A DNA stretch of 58,036 nt from Gonapodya sp. JEL0774 (GCA_027604505.1 JADIIX010000140.1:1-58036); one strand, 5' to 3'. Positions 12,786-26,690 are shown, numbered from the stretch's first letter. Made by a program: numbers and translations. Notes: generated by a model from the letters alone, not told the origin.

Positions 12786-15700
12786 TTAAGCACAGTTGTA
12801 AGACCGAGCAGAAGCTGGGTTGGGGATCCACCCTTGAGCAAGACCAAGTTGATAATCCCATTCACCGAGTTTTGTTTCAGTTTTCCAAGTCCAGAAGATC
12901 CACCCCTTGTACACATGGAGCACAAGTAAGAATCCATGGCTTGAAAGAGTAGACACGGCGGAACTCACAATGCCATTCTTCTCGAATGAACTCATTTGAG
13001 CCTCAACAAACTTTCGAATGAAAGCTTTTTTGGCGGAATTCCAGTTTCGGTAGTCATAGATTTGTGGATCCGTGCAGGAACAACCGCAAATATTGGGTAT
13101 CGACTCTGCCAAATACGATCCATCGTAGCGCGCAAACTCGTTAACGCCTTGTACAGCACCAGAACCGTTCAGTGTTATGTTAAAAATGAAATGAGATGAA
13201 TCACTTATCGATTGAGACCAGACTTACCGTTCAAATAAGGAGCACAGTCGCTGTACGCCGCCGAAAACTCCCCCACCATTGTAGGTGCAATATTGGCATT
13301 CGTTCCCGATAAACTAGATCCCCACGCACTGCAAGCTTGGCTGACGTGTCCCTGGAACACATTGCACCGTAATTGTTGGAAAATCATTACGCCACCCCTG
13401 TGAACCACTTACATCATAGCTCAATTGCAAGTCCGATTGAGTGAAGCAAGAGTAATAGTGCAAATCTAACAACGTAGAGCCAAGAGCTTGATACTGAAGC
13501 GATGAGCCTGCGTAAACTTGATCTCCTAGGAATCCGTCATGGATCACGAAAGTGGGTCCCCCATTGGGGAACGCCGTCTTGTCGGCCGTCAGGTTCCGGA
13601 TCGTGCGCTCAACGTCACGATACCAAGATCGAACTAAAGTGACCTGAGAATCACTTATCCCACTCTACAATTCGCCATACGCGTCATTCAAAAGGCTGAA
13701 GATCCAAAGCAAGCAACATGACCTACCCAAGATGCCAGGGCAGGCTCGTTGACAAGCTGCAGGGCTTTCACATTTGGGTACCCGGCACTTCTCTTGACCA
13801 TCTCCACAAGAGTGGCGGTGCAGCGATCCTTGTATGCGTTGACTGTAATAACACACGAGGTGAATAGCGACATATAAAACTCAGCGCCCGTTGACTGAAG
13901 CTCACAATTGGTCTTCCAGTCAAAAAATTTTTCTCTTCCTGCGTGGTTCCAATTGTTCTAAAAGCGGTTGGTCAGCAACGACTTTTGTACAAAAACCGTG
14001 CGGAGATTGCTTCACCTGAGCGCCAGGTGCAGCATGTAAGTCCAGCTCAATTGTGAGTCCATTGTTTGCGGCCCACTGAATAGCATTCTGAACATACGGC
14101 CAGCCAATGTTAGCTGGGTATGGCTCCCCCGAGCCAGGGTTCACGGCCCAGTAATTGATGGGTAGTCGAACGTAATTCAAGCCAGCTGCTGCGATTTGTC
14201 GAAAATCATCCGCAGTAATGAAGGTCGCATAGTGATTCTGGATTCTTGCAGAACATGCCGAGGTGCCCATGGCAAGACACAGCTGATAATTGTCCTCGTA
14301 CACCTTGCCATTGTATGTAAAGACTGACGGAGTTATGAAGGGCTCCAGATTGATCCAGCCACCCAAGTTAACCCCTCGAATGAGACCAAACGGATTCGAT
14401 CCAGTTCCACCAACAGAGTTGACGCAGTTGTTCGAGTTCCACTGTTGTGCAACGCGCAGTCACATGCAACTTTCCACACAAGGAGAAAAAAAGAAGTACG
14501 AGTACGTCTTGACTCACCCAGTTTTTGATAGCGGTGTTTGTAAGTACGCCATATCCACCAGGAACAATTCCAAACGCCAACTGAAGTCCCTTGCACGTAT
14601 AGATGGTCGGGCCGGTGCAACTGAGCGTCGCCCACAAGAGGTAGTCTGACTCGGTCATGTATTTCCCCGAGTTGAAGGCCAAGGAGAGTGCAGAGCACCC
14701 TGACGTCGTCGTGGTGGTGGATGACTTGGTCGATGTGGCCGATTTGGTAGTAGACGCGGTGGTGCTGGACGTGACAGTCGAAGTGGCGCTCTTGGTTGTT
14801 AACGTACTTAGCGTAGAAGTTTGGGGAGCTGCAGTGACCGTCGAGATCTGGACCGTGGTACTATATAAGGCAATGGACGTCGTTACCACGTTGGTCGATA
14901 TGATCGGTGTTGTAGTGGATGTGGATATCGTCCCTGGTGGAGATGTGCCTGCAATGGTGCTTGTCACGACCGTGCTCGTTACAAAAGTGAGTGTTGCTGT
15001 CTTCGTGGCTGTGGTAGTAGTTGATGTCTTGACGGTGAGAGATGTCGTACGGGCCGCGGTTGAAGTTCTCACTGTGCTGGTGGACGTGGATTTACTCGTT
15101 GTAGCGCCTTGAGTTGTGGATCTTGAAGTCGTTCTAGGCGTGGTCCTGCTTGTTGTTCTACGGGTGGTTGTGCCGGGTGACCCGATGCCCGCAGGGAACC
15201 AGGTATTACAGGACCTATGGGAACGCAGGGTGAACGTGTCCTGACTGTTACTAAAGCGTGATCAGAAAATTACGCACCATGCTGCCCAGTCACTGTAGTC
15301 CTGCGCTGTCATTGGGACGCCTGCCTGCTTGGCTGCGTAAATGCTGAATGCAAGGGAAAAGGGAAGCCAGGGTGTTATCGTCCCCATACGAGGTAGAGAG
15401 GGACCACCCTCCCACTTTTCGTAGGTGGTCGCAAACTCATGCACACCTGTCACAAGTTCTTGTAACGCCCGAGCCGATCCCTCCAGGATACCTATGGTAA
15501 ATGACGAGTGATGTCGGCGGACTACGATATTGAGTTCGCCTGAGCCCCACCAGGTGTTGCACTGCCATGCAGCCCAATCGGAGTAGTCTTGAGCAGTCAT
15601 AGTGACGCCTGCTGCATAAGCTGCGTGGATACTTTGATTGGATGAAGAGTCATTAGTGTCTCCCAACTTCCACAACCCCCGCGAGCTTGCGAGCAGCCAC

Positions 15701-15923
15701 CACGGACCTATCACAGGTCCGTGTCTGCCGTTTTTGCACATCCCGAGCTGAAGCTTCCGATGAGAACAGAAGGAGCACGGCAATGCAAATCAAGGCAACG
15801 GGGGCCCTTCATTGCAGAGATTCCCCGAAAGTGATTGGAAAACAAATCAGCATGTGCCCAGGCCGGTCAAGGGGACGCTTTCAACGCTGCATACTTCGCG
15901 ACATCCAAGCCCGTTGAGATCAT
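12786..15923 (-). CDS. Secreted GH5 exo-beta-1,3-glucanase-like enzyme with Cys/Trp modules and Thr-rich linker
   Basis: IRGVNLGGWINLEPFITPSVF, VRLPINYW, DLHAAPGAQ, acid/base LVNEP, nucleophile VGEFSAA, WIFWTWKTE. Start ATG at 15923 splices to a signal peptide (APVALICIAVLLLFSSEASA) and a KR site. Confidence 0.92.
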
Positions 15924-16413
15924 TGTGTGGAATTGAATTCAGGATCCCTTCCGGTTTGAGGAGAGGCATCATTCCCCAACGAGCCTCTCCGTGTTTGCTC
16001 CAAAACAGGCACAGAATTACGTACGTTTGGGGAAAAGTAATTCGCCCACAGGTAAGCATGAATCAGAAAACAGTAAAATCTTAATTTTGACTATGGCGTG
16101 GGTGGAATGATCAGAATGAACGAGAATCAAATAGGGACAACCATACCGAGTCGAAGCGCACACAGTGAAGTCACGAGTGCATAATTGTTCGCGGCTAATC
16201 TGTATTCCGTGGGTTTGCTTATTGTAACAGAACAAGAGATTATGGTAACAGAAACAAGGGAAAGGGGTGCCCTGGCCGATTCTCCACCTGGGGGAGCTTC
16301 CCGAATTTGTTCAGAATCGCCCCACATCGATTTCAAACTTGCCAATATCCGAATGGAAACTGCTTGATGCTTTGACACAGATCAGTTTTTGATCCTCCAA
16401 ACAAACCATCACG

Positions 16414-16824
16414 ATGGCCTTTCTTGGTCCCATCGGCCCGGTCGATATCGTCCATCAGCTGCCAGGACTCACGGCCTCGCTTGAGCGCATCACAGCAAAG
16501 GGGCAACTTATTGTGGACCGGTTTTCAAAATCGATTGACGCGGCGACGCAAACGGCACGATTTGCCCTCATTGTGTTTTCGGCAGCGGCATGCTTGTTGG
16601 TCGCGGTGGTGTCACCTGGCGATATTGGCAAAGCCGCCCTTTTTCTCGTGGCGGTCGGAGCCGGGTACTGGTGGGTCAACGAGCGTGAGCAGTACTGGAA
16701 GGATGCACTGGAGAGGGAGAGGAACGCGCTCGAGGTCAAATGGGCTGAACTGGCGATGATGAGGGGACAGTTTCGGAGGGCCGTGATGGAGGCCGCATTA
16801 CTAGGGGGTCGAATAGGTTGGTAA
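16414..16824 (+). CDS. Small hypothetical membrane protein (2 TM plus coiled coil)
   Basis: 136-aa intronless ATG ORF with two hydrophobic helices and a charged helical tail. Confidence 0.55.
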   Translation: MAFLGPIGPVDIVHQLPGLTASLERITAKGQLIVDRFSKSIDAATQTARFALIVFSAAACLLVAVVSPGDIGKAALFLVAVGAGYWWVNEREQYWKDALERERNALEVKWAELAMMRGQFRRAVMEAALLGGRIGW

Positions 16825-17209
16825 ACCTAGGTGAAGTCACGGCGAGGACAGGGGGCTGCAGTGAGGTGTGCAAGACCTGGTGACGTGGCCCAGAGATATA
16901 AACCTGAATTTCAATGGCAGTAGTCGAATTGCCGAACTGGGCAATGCAGCAGGACCAAAAACATCGCTGGGACACCCAAGAGCCTGTGTGCGGATGACCT
17001 AAGTTTCGGATTGCTGGGAGCACGCTCAGTCTTCCTCTGAACTTGAATCCCGCACTCGTCCACCACTTCTCAAGAATATGCTCACACTTGATTACCACTT
17101 GGGACGTCCTGGGAACACCAACGATCAAACACCTCGTGCATTGCTCTTGCCTTGTTCTATCCCTGGCATCGACTCATGGCAGGCACCATGGATCTGTACT
17201 GTTTGCGCC

Positions 17210-19251
17210 ATGTCTGTTGTTGGTTTCTTTACTAATCATTGTCCATCACCCACAACGGCACCGCCCAATCGCTCCCAACAAGAGGCTCCCTCCCCTCCAA
17301 TATTCTCCCTCCCTCAACGGACTTCAAAATCTGCTGAGAAGAGGTTGAGCTTGCAAGGTGATTCTTCGAGCTCCACTCCCTCACTCTTCCCTCATCCGTC
17401 TCATTCCTAACCCTTTCTCACACCTCCGCACAACAAAACATCACTTGCCTCCGCTGCCATCTACCGTACGTAGGATCTGCGACCTTCACCACCCTCTACC
17501 CCCCTTTCCCGCACACTCCCCGTACCCCCACCCTCCTCCTCGCCTCCTCGTGGCCCTCCGACCGGGGATCCGCATTCCTTCATCAACCCGTCGACCTTCA
17601 CATGGGGTTCGTCACCGAATTCGCCTTCCGGATGTCCGACGGACATGGTGGCATGGGTGGTGGCGGGGATGGGTTCGCGTTCGTGGTGCAGAGGGAGAGG
17701 GTGGAGGCGTTGGGTCAGGGGAGGGGTGGACTGGGTTATGAGGGGATTCGGAATGGGTGAGTTGCTGGAACAGGATGGGCTGAATTAGGCACGGTCACAC
17801 TTGGTTGGAACTAGGGACAAGTGAACGACGGAAGAGCTCGGAGCAAAGCAACGGACTGCCCGGTGCTGACACCTTGATAAACCACTATTCTGACCTTAGT
17901 TCTATCTTGCCTAAGCATCGCTCTCGAATTCGACACCTGGCGGGACCCCTCCCCAACCGCCGATCCCACCTCCAACCACATTTCCCTCCACCACCCTTGC
18001 ACATCCTCGCACATCTCGTCCATCGCCTGTACATCGCGGGTCCCCTTGCTCAATTCAGGAAAGGCCTTTCGATGCAGAGTGGCCTATGTCCATTCGGAGA
18101 AGAATGTTAGGGTCTACCTCCTCCCACCTGCGAACGAGGGTGCCGCATCAGATATCGTGGATGACCTTTCAACTACAAACACCACGTCCTCTGTCACGGA
18201 AGTACCTCCGCTACCACCTGGTGGAGCGTGGTCTCGCGTCTTGTCTGCACAGGCGGATCTGCCGAAACTCTTGGGAGGGCGCCACGCTTACGTGGGGTTC
18301 ACAGCATCCACAAACGCCGCCCCACAGCGCCACGAAGTATTTTTGTGGACGGTGTGGGGAGGCACCGACAGGATGGCGGAAAAGGAGGGAGAGGAAGGAG
18401 ACGACAATGAAGAAACCAGTGCGATCGGTGCGGTGGTGGTGCAGGCGGGGCCCAGGTTCAGGGGAGATGAAAAAGACGTGGTAAAAATGGATGGGCGGAG
18501 TAGGGCGGGGAGGAGGGACGACGATGATGGGTTTGGATCGATGTATGTAGATGCGCCAGAGGCACCAGCGACACCCGGTGGGATTGGCGGGGCGACTGTT
18601 GGAGGCACGAGTGCCGGTGCAAGGAGGAGGGTTGAAGGTGCGCAGGATGCGGGTAGGAATGGGGTAAGCTTAGGAATGGGCGGGGACAGAACGCCACAGC
18701 AGGAAAAAGTCCTACCTGGAGGTGGAGGTGGAGCTGGAGGGAGTCCTGGTTTGGGCAGCGGAGCTAGCCCCAGCTTTCCGACCGGGTCGAGGAGAACGAG
18801 GGGAAGGGATAGGGAGAGGGAAGGCGCGGCGGGAGCGGGTACGGGAACAGTAAAGGAGATTGGACATGTCCATGGCTCTGCAGTAGGAGGAGGAATTGGG
18901 GTGGGGGCAGGCGATGATGATGTTGGGGAGAGGAATGGGCCACTGGGAGATGGTAGTTCAGTCGGCACTGAGGGTTCTGGATCCCCTCGTGCTCGTCATG
19001 GACAAAGTCATATTCATGAACCCACAGACCCGTCTCGTGGTCGTGCGAGTGGCGCTAGATCGGGTAATTCATCGCCCCATCATACGTCTTCTTCGTGGGA
19101 TATGGATTCGTTGCGGAGAACGGGCGAAAGCACAGGACAGACCCAGGCTGGTGGTGAGAGTGTGGGGCCGACAACCAGGGAGAGGGACCCAGACCGGCAG
19201 AGACCCGAATTATCAGTATTGGGAGTCGGAAGTATTGGGGGCGTGAGCTGA
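17210..19251 (+). CDS. L-type (legume) lectin domain protein with long Gly-rich disordered C-terminus
   Basis: Spliced motifs LSLQGSATF, RGSAF, GGDGFAFVVQ, GGLGYEGI, IALEFDTW, NHISLH and AYVGFTAST. Start approximate. Confidence 0.88.
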
Positions 19252-19422
19252 CAATAATATTGCCTCGAGTGTATGGACACCGGATTGGAACATTTATGAC
19301 TGATGTACGGAATCCTTTATACTATGTCCTACGTGAATCTTGATCTATAAATAGTGTGGCTACCTCGCAAGACTGTCAAATGCCGACCAAAATTCATCAC
19401 TCATGTACCGTGTCCGTCCGGG

Positions 19423-22290
19423 TCATTTTTTGAAAACGAAGTACAGGGCGACTCCCATGCCTCCAAACGCCAGTATCAGCACCAAGAAAATGTATGCCCA
19501 CCGTCTCACCGTAAGCTTCGGTGGTTCACTTTTGTCCAGTTCAACGTCCAAGTCCGCCCCATAAACGTGTGAACCGTGATTAAGTTCCTCGGCCTCCATA
19601 TCTGCCATTCGTTTCCCCCTCTTGGGAGCACCGAGCACCGAGGCGGCTCCAGCAACAACGCTTCCACCCAGTCCCCCACTCCCACTCTTACCGCCAGGAC
19701 CACCCAATCGAGGTGGTCCATGGTTATCCATTACAACCCACGTCGACGATGCGGGGGCATGTATATGTCCGCCGGCGTGACCATTCCCTTCCGTCTCATG
19801 TCCTAGCTCAAGTCCTCCCTGTTGCATGGAGACACCTCGCCTCTGTCCCTGGTTATGCAGCGCTTTAGCACCAGAGCTCGCGGATTCGTCTTCAGGTCTC
19901 CACTCCTCGCCGCTATTCAGCCTACCATAGTGGGAGTTACGTGGTGTGGGAGAGAGTGCACGGGAGGGTGCGCGGGAAGTGTACGAGTCTGGTTGCCCAC
20001 CGTATGGTGCCGGGGAGAAGGCTCGACTTGGTGGACGGGACCCATGGTAGTCGAGTCGATCGTACGGGTTGCCCATGGAAGGTGATCGTGCTCGAGACGG
20101 TGCACGAGGCGGTTGGCCGTCGGGTCCTAAAGGGCCTTCGACAAGTTGTACAAGTTCGGAATACGCTTTGTAAAGGTTCTTTAGACTACGGGCGGGAGCG
20201 AGAGAGGCGGGAGCGAGAGGGACGCCTGCGCTGGAGTTGGGATCAATGTCAGCGGAAGTCGTTTGGGTAGGAGTTTGTGGCCCGGCGGCAGGTATGGGTG
20301 GAGTAGGGTATTCATCTTTGCGGGACCCTTTAGCGGTTTGTTTTGATGGCCGGGATGACGTGGGCGAACCCGCCCCCCGTCGATCCACTCCAGCCCCACC
20401 TGGCAAGGCAACACCCTCCGCTTCTCGGCCTCCGCTGCCACCACTAGCCATCAATTGTCCTCGTGCCCCAGCTGAACGTCCCGAATCGCTAGAATGCGAC
20501 GATGTCTCAGGCGATGGAGGAGCAGGAGATGGGTTCCCGGCTGAAGGTTGTCTTTGGAACTGGAGCAGGGGAGGCTGTGATTGATTTTGCGTCGGCATTT
20601 GCCCCGATGAAGCTCTAGAAAGAGGCTGAAGCGCTGTTGGCCCCAGCCCGGGCCCTGATCCAGCTGGGATGACTGCTTGTGTGGCACCAGTTGCTGGAGT
20701 CACTGATGCCGCCCCATGCGTTAGAGTCGTAGCCCCGTACCCTGTCGTTGCGGGATATGGGATTGGAGATGCATCGGAGGGCGATGGAGACGACGAAGGA
20801 AACTGGTAAGCTAATTGGGAAGTAGAGCCGGACCTGGAATGCGAGCGAGGGTTGCGGAGATCGGCTGCGGCGGTGCCCGCCGGGGTGGTTGGCACGTTGA
20901 AAGAAAATGGCAGGCCCGAGGCTCCGGTGTATGATGTGGCGCCAGGGGTAGAGCCACCAATGGAAGGAGGCCCGCGGGAATGGGATCGAGAGCGATCGCG
21001 ATCGCGGCCACCAGGGACAGAACCATCTCTTCGGTCACCACGCTCTGCTATCCCGGAAGAACCAGACGGTTCTCTCCTATGCCCGGTTGGCTTCTCCTTT
21101 GGTCCTGCTCCTCCTGTGGACCGTTTCGCCGAGGCCATCGTCTCAGCACTTCCTTCCAAATCCACGCCGGCCACTTTGGCCAGCCCCTCCCCCCCTCGTC
21201 GCGCCCACGCCACCATATCCGCAGCTGTCAGTTCCAACGCGTCTCTGTCCGTTGGCGCAAGATTGGGATCGGTTGCGAGCGCTTGGCAGAGATGGAGGAG
21301 AAGGGCGCGAGAGTGGGAGAGGAGGTGGAGTGCGGTGGTGGTCGTATTTGCTGGGGAGGGTGAAGTATTGGGATCGCGGACGAGCGGCAGAGGGGGAGAA
21401 AAGAAAGATGAGCGAGCATATCCTTGCACACATACCTTTGCGACAGCGACTCAAGGGTAGACCATCAAGGACGTGGGGCGAATTCAACTTACTTCCATCG
21501 ATTTCATCCGCGTCGTACGGTACTTTGCCTTCTTTGAGCGCCTGCAAGTGTGCTACCAGTTCGTCGAGGTCGGTCAGGTGTGTCGAGATTGTGGAGAGCT
21601 AGACACGGGGTAAACGAGGGAGAAAGTTGAGATAAAATTGGAGCAATTCGAGAGACGACGAAAGTAAGGTGCGTTAGCGGTACACGAGAACGAATTCCAA
21701 GCTTTGTCGCGACAAGACAAACGCTAAGACGCAGGTCCCCAGAGTCGCACACGTATAGCAGCTCCATTGAGTCACCTCATTATCCGGCGTTCAAATAACA
21801 CTCAACGTACCTGCTCAAGATACCGCTTCCTCACTGCCTCTGCGTTGGCAGCACGGCCTCGATCTCGGTCGGATTCGGACCTTGACATCGCACGCGAACC
21901 AGACGACGCACTCGCCGTACCGGATGTTGGAACGACAACCCGTGCAGCGCCAATCATGGCTGCGGGACCAGCATCAGGTCCAAAAACCATTCCGCCCACT
22001 GCAGAAGCACCAGGCAGGGGAGGCTCCTCGGCTGCGACGGCAGCAGCAGCGACAGCGACAGCGATAGCATAAGAGGAGGAGGAGCTAGGGTGGGAAGAAG
22101 TCGTGGAAGCGTTAGGGGGTAGGGCAGGGGACGCGGGTCTGCGGGAGGGGGAGCGAGCTTTGTTGGGTGCGGAGGTGGCGCCACGAGACGATTGGGCAGA
22201 GCGCGCCTTTGAAGAAGAATTGCGAGATGCAGGGCGGGGCTGATTGTTGGTGGCGGTGGGAATTGTCGTAGTGAGGTTGGAAGACACGTT
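19423..22290 (-). CDS. Hypothetical tail-anchored membrane protein
   Basis: Exons near 21805-22290, 21490-21600 and 19423-21430. Helical N-terminal part, long disordered middle, single C-terminal TM (WAYIFLVLILAFGGMGVALYFVF-KK). Start not resolved. Confidence 0.7.
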
Positions 22291-23463
22291 GTATGGTTGG
22301 ATAAGGTTGTGTAGTGGTAGGTGTCAGGAGCGACGTGGAGCGAGTCAAGGACAAGTCCGCATTCGATAATGATCAATGGAAAGAAGGAGGGCAACGTGGA
22401 ATTGTCGAGGCACAGGGAGTACCCGTACGGCATCAAGGAGAATCCCATCGGGGTTTCACGAGAAGGAGAGGCGACGGCAATTACGGTAATCACCCAATGG
22501 CCGCCACGGTGAGACCAATACAGCGGATGGGTCGAGAACATCGACAGGTCAAGACCAACCGTTGTTGCAGATTTTCCCTGCTGGGAATGGGATTCCGGTC
22601 CAAATCTAACACCCACCTCCTCTCCTGGTCCCGCGAGTTCCATTTCTTCCAAAAGTCGAGTTCCGATTACCAGATCCGCGGATTTCCCAAGCGAAGTCCA
22701 GCTCCACCACAGCGATGTATGAATTATCCAACTATCGGTTCCAAGGGGATTCCGGTGTTTTCGTCACTCTTGTAGCCGCTCCTTTGCGCTCTTGCTCAGT
22801 CCTCGCGCTCTAGATTGCTGAATTTCCTGTCAATCTCAAGCGGGCTTTTGTAGTTTTTGTGCAATAATCAAAGTTCTGGTTCCACGGTTTTGATTTTGCC
22901 TGAAAAGGGTCCGAGTGGCGACTCTCATACAACCGCCGGTGAGACCGAGCGTACATAATGTCTTGAAGACACACACAAAGTAAGCTATTTCCGTCGCTGT
23001 GACTCTTCACTCGGCTATGTTATCGCAGGCACTCCCGAGGGGCACCTTGCTCTCCGTCTTGTGGGGCATATTTATTCTTATGCCAGGAACCGGTGGAAAA
23101 TGTTGATTGAAATGTTGAGTAAAGTATACTGCAATGAAATGCTAACGGAGGGCTGAAGAGAAGGGGGGAAATGAGAGGGAAGAGGGAAGCTACCTGGAGT
23201 TCCTTTATTGAACACTGGTATTAAGAAATGCTCCAACTTCTATGTACTCTGCACGCTTCGACGCGTTCGGTGAACAGAAATCCCCGACTCGGCTGATTTT
23301 GTCACAGCACCCGACTTCACGACAATCGCGTGCTCGAACATACCATATCCGTGCAGAACTAGAGTCTCTGTCATTCTTGCAAAACTACACAAGGGCATGC
23401 ACTTTAAAACAATTAAATTAAATCTAAACTCCGTGCGTCGCTTCACACAGTTGTGATGATCCT

Positions 23464-25409
23464 CTACCACGGGCGCTTCTCGAGTGTCACCTGCGGGACA
23501 GTGCAGTTGTCCTTCAGAGCAGCCTTGTACTATAGGTTCGACGAGGTGAAGAGAGAGGAAGTAGGCTGTTAGACTCGGTCACTTTGGTTGACAACAACTC
23601 CATTGTGAACCCACCACAGCGCTGGAAGTGTTGACGCACGCAATACCGATGTCTCCCTTAACACCGTCACAGCCAATGACAGGGGGTCCACCGCAGGGGC
23701 TCTCAACCTTGAAGTTGCTGAAGGTGATGTTCTCGCACACGGCGTTGGGGCTGGTGCTGCACTTGAGGGCACCGACGACGCGACCGTTCTTTCCGGAGCT
23801 GGTGCCAACAAAGTTCTCAAAGCGAACGTTGGTAACGTTGACTTGAGACGGGTAAGCAGCGCAAGTGGTGGCGTTGATGTTGAAGTAGCAAGAGTCGACT
23901 GAGAACAGGAAGACGGTCAGATTAAAAGAGCGATCAAAGAATCCGCAAAAAGGGACGCACTGAGGACAGTCTGGTCGAGGTGGCCAACGTAGAAGTTGCG
24001 GAAGGTAACGTTGTTGACGTAACCGTATCCAACGTTCGGTCCGGCCCAGGACTTAATGCGAGCACCGTTCTGATTTTCAATCAAGAGATTAGTTAGCAGT
24101 AGAAATCATTTACGCAATTGTTTTCAAGAATACCCACGTCACCGTTCAGGAGCCAGATGTTCTCAATGAGGACATCTTCGATGATGGACTTCTCACCAGC
24201 GTACTGACCGATCGAGCCCATGGATTGACCGTGGGAACCTAAAAAATCAAGGATCACTGAGTATGGGTTGTCGTGCTTTGCAACGAACGTCACTCACCGT
24301 TACAGTACATTGTGTTGACGTGCACCAACGACGCGTTGGACTTGGGGGAGCTGAAGGCCACCGCCAAACATTCACACTTGGAGTACACTCGGATTGGAGG
24401 ACGGGAAAATCAAGTTCTAACTCACAAGCAGTCGTCACCAATGTTTACCCAGACGCGTTCAACTGTCAAGTTGTAGACGTTGAGGGAGTCCCAGAAATCG
24501 GTGTTTTTGGGGAGCGCGGAGGCGTTTGTGGACTGGGCAACGATAGTAAGGTCGTGGAGGTAGATGTGCTTGGCTGAATTGAGTGAGAGTAGTGAGGATG
24601 GAGATGTGGGATTACATTTCGCAGTATTTCGGTTTGGACAGTTGTGGGCTCACATGTGACGATGAAGTTGTTCCAAACTGGGGAGTTCCTGTAGTTGATA
24701 CCCTCAATAGCGAGGTTGGTACAGTTCTCAGCGTAGAAAAGAATGGGGCGGAGGTAGGTGTTGCTGGTGGAGAGGATCTCCAGGCCAGCTGCCGAGTGAG
24801 GAGCAGGGTAGTACAAATTCACCAAAATGCTCCGAAAACTGAAGTTTAAATTTGGTACGAATCACTCACCGAATTCGTTATACCAGCGTTGACCGTTACC
24901 ATCGAGGTATCCAGAACCGTAGATTTTAATGTCTTTACCGCCCCACCTGAAGTTGCGAAGAAGGACATTGTTCAGCAAGGTGTTTTTTGATTCCGACACA
25001 CAGTCACTCACTTCCAGAACATGAGCGACTTCTGGAATGGGTGGTAGAAGGCGTTCTTTTGCCAGAATTTAGTGTCGTTGGTGAACTTGATGGTACCCTC
25101 GAGCCGGACGTGGACATCGTTCAAGAAGGTGAGGTCCAATGGTTGGCCAATCATGTACGTCTTGCCCTCCTCGAGCCAAAGAGTTCCCCCGTTGTTGGCA
25201 ATGCGGAGTCCAGCCTCAAAGAAGCTCGAAACATCGTGGGTGTCATTGAGCGAGTGTGGGATCTGAACTTGCCACCTTCCTTCTTCGCAATCCGGGAGGG
25301 TGTAGACGTGCTTCTGTCGGAACTCTTCAGGCGATCTGGGAGCTCCGTGGAACGCGGCAACGCTAGATGCGGCGGCCAGTAGGGCGACAGCGAGGGAAGA
25401 GATTTTCAT
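23464..25409 (-). CDS. GH28 exo-polygalacturonase (PgxB-like pectinase), secreted
   Basis: Signal peptide MKISSLAVALLAAASSVAA. GH28 motifs KNTD, GDDC, GSHG and ARIKSW are present across about 10 exons. Confidence 0.93.
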
Positions 25410-26690
25410 GGCGAGCCTTTGCGGTGTCAAGAAAGAAAGTTGACGGACACAGTGAGTCTCGGCGGAAAAGTTGTAACGATGGAATGATGGAGTCTCACGG
25501 ATACTGATGCCTGATTCAGATGAACGATGAAACAATCTGATGGCTTTGTTGAGTTTTTGTCGAAGATATATTTGAAGGCGGCGACATTTCATCAGGTAAA
25601 GGGAGTTCGGTCGTGAGGCAACCAGGTCCAACTCGGGGATCTTTGGACGGAGAGTCTCCCACTAAACACGCTCTTTTGTTATTTCAAATTCTCTGCGTTT
25701 TCCCTCGTTGCCTTCAAAGGAATAATCCGAAAACATTGGAAGTGTTTTCTACCTCTGATTATCGCGCTTTTCCAAATGGGGAATGATTTCCATGAAGAAA
25801 TCCACCGAAAGCCCTTGCAGGCAGGCCGGTGGCCCGGGTGGGGCACTGAATTTCATTTACACTAACTCCACGATATATCACTACTGTATACGCTGATCTT
25901 GCTGATTGATGGGAAAAGTAGATGATGTCCAGTCATCAAAGCCACTTCGACAGCCGAATGCATTCAGTTACCTGATGTGTTTGCGGTCACTTCATACTCA
26001 GATTACCCTACACGAACACTGAGTTCTCTCACAGATAACTGCCCGGCGCTGATGTACATGTGGAGTACCAGACGGAGCTCGAGACCGACATGCCGTTGCC
26101 CCCCGGTCCTTAATATCAATGTCTGTTCACAAGAGTTTCAAGACAGCATCGCAGCATTTGGGCAGCAGACGCTATAGGTGTAAGAAAGGTCTTCCGTTCG
26201 TCTCCCCATCCATGAAACGTCCAACACAGAAACAGGAAAAGCGAAACATGAATTGAAGTGAGCTAGTCATTCAGTAAAGTATGTGAGGTGGAAGATCAGG
26301 TCAACTCGGTGACAACGACAACTTTTGCCCCACCTGACCGCATTTACAATTGGTACCTTCCATTCGATGTAATCACAATGAAGCCCTCTCTGTGTTACGA
26401 CGTAACGCTTCCCTTCCGTACCCAACACGGAGACCCCACACGCCTATACATCCGCAATATATTATTTACGAGATTTTGCAAAAACGGAAGAGGGTCATTC
26501 ATATCAGCACCCTCCAGTTCAGTGCATGACAGGACGAAATCACGCGACATTGTAATGGTAGTTATACCATTGTATTTACTTTAATGTGAACAAGCTTTGC
26601 TATGTCGGTGGTGTGCTTCCATATGTATTCTTTGGGTGAAGAGAGGTCATATCCGACGAACTACCACACCACATACACCGAAAACTGTCC

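Noticed and set aside
15795..15815. Apparent frameshift between an ATG and the GH5 signal peptide
   Set aside because: An upstream exon (ATG at 15923, GTATGC donor, AAG acceptor) restores the frame, so no frameshift or pseudogene is needed.
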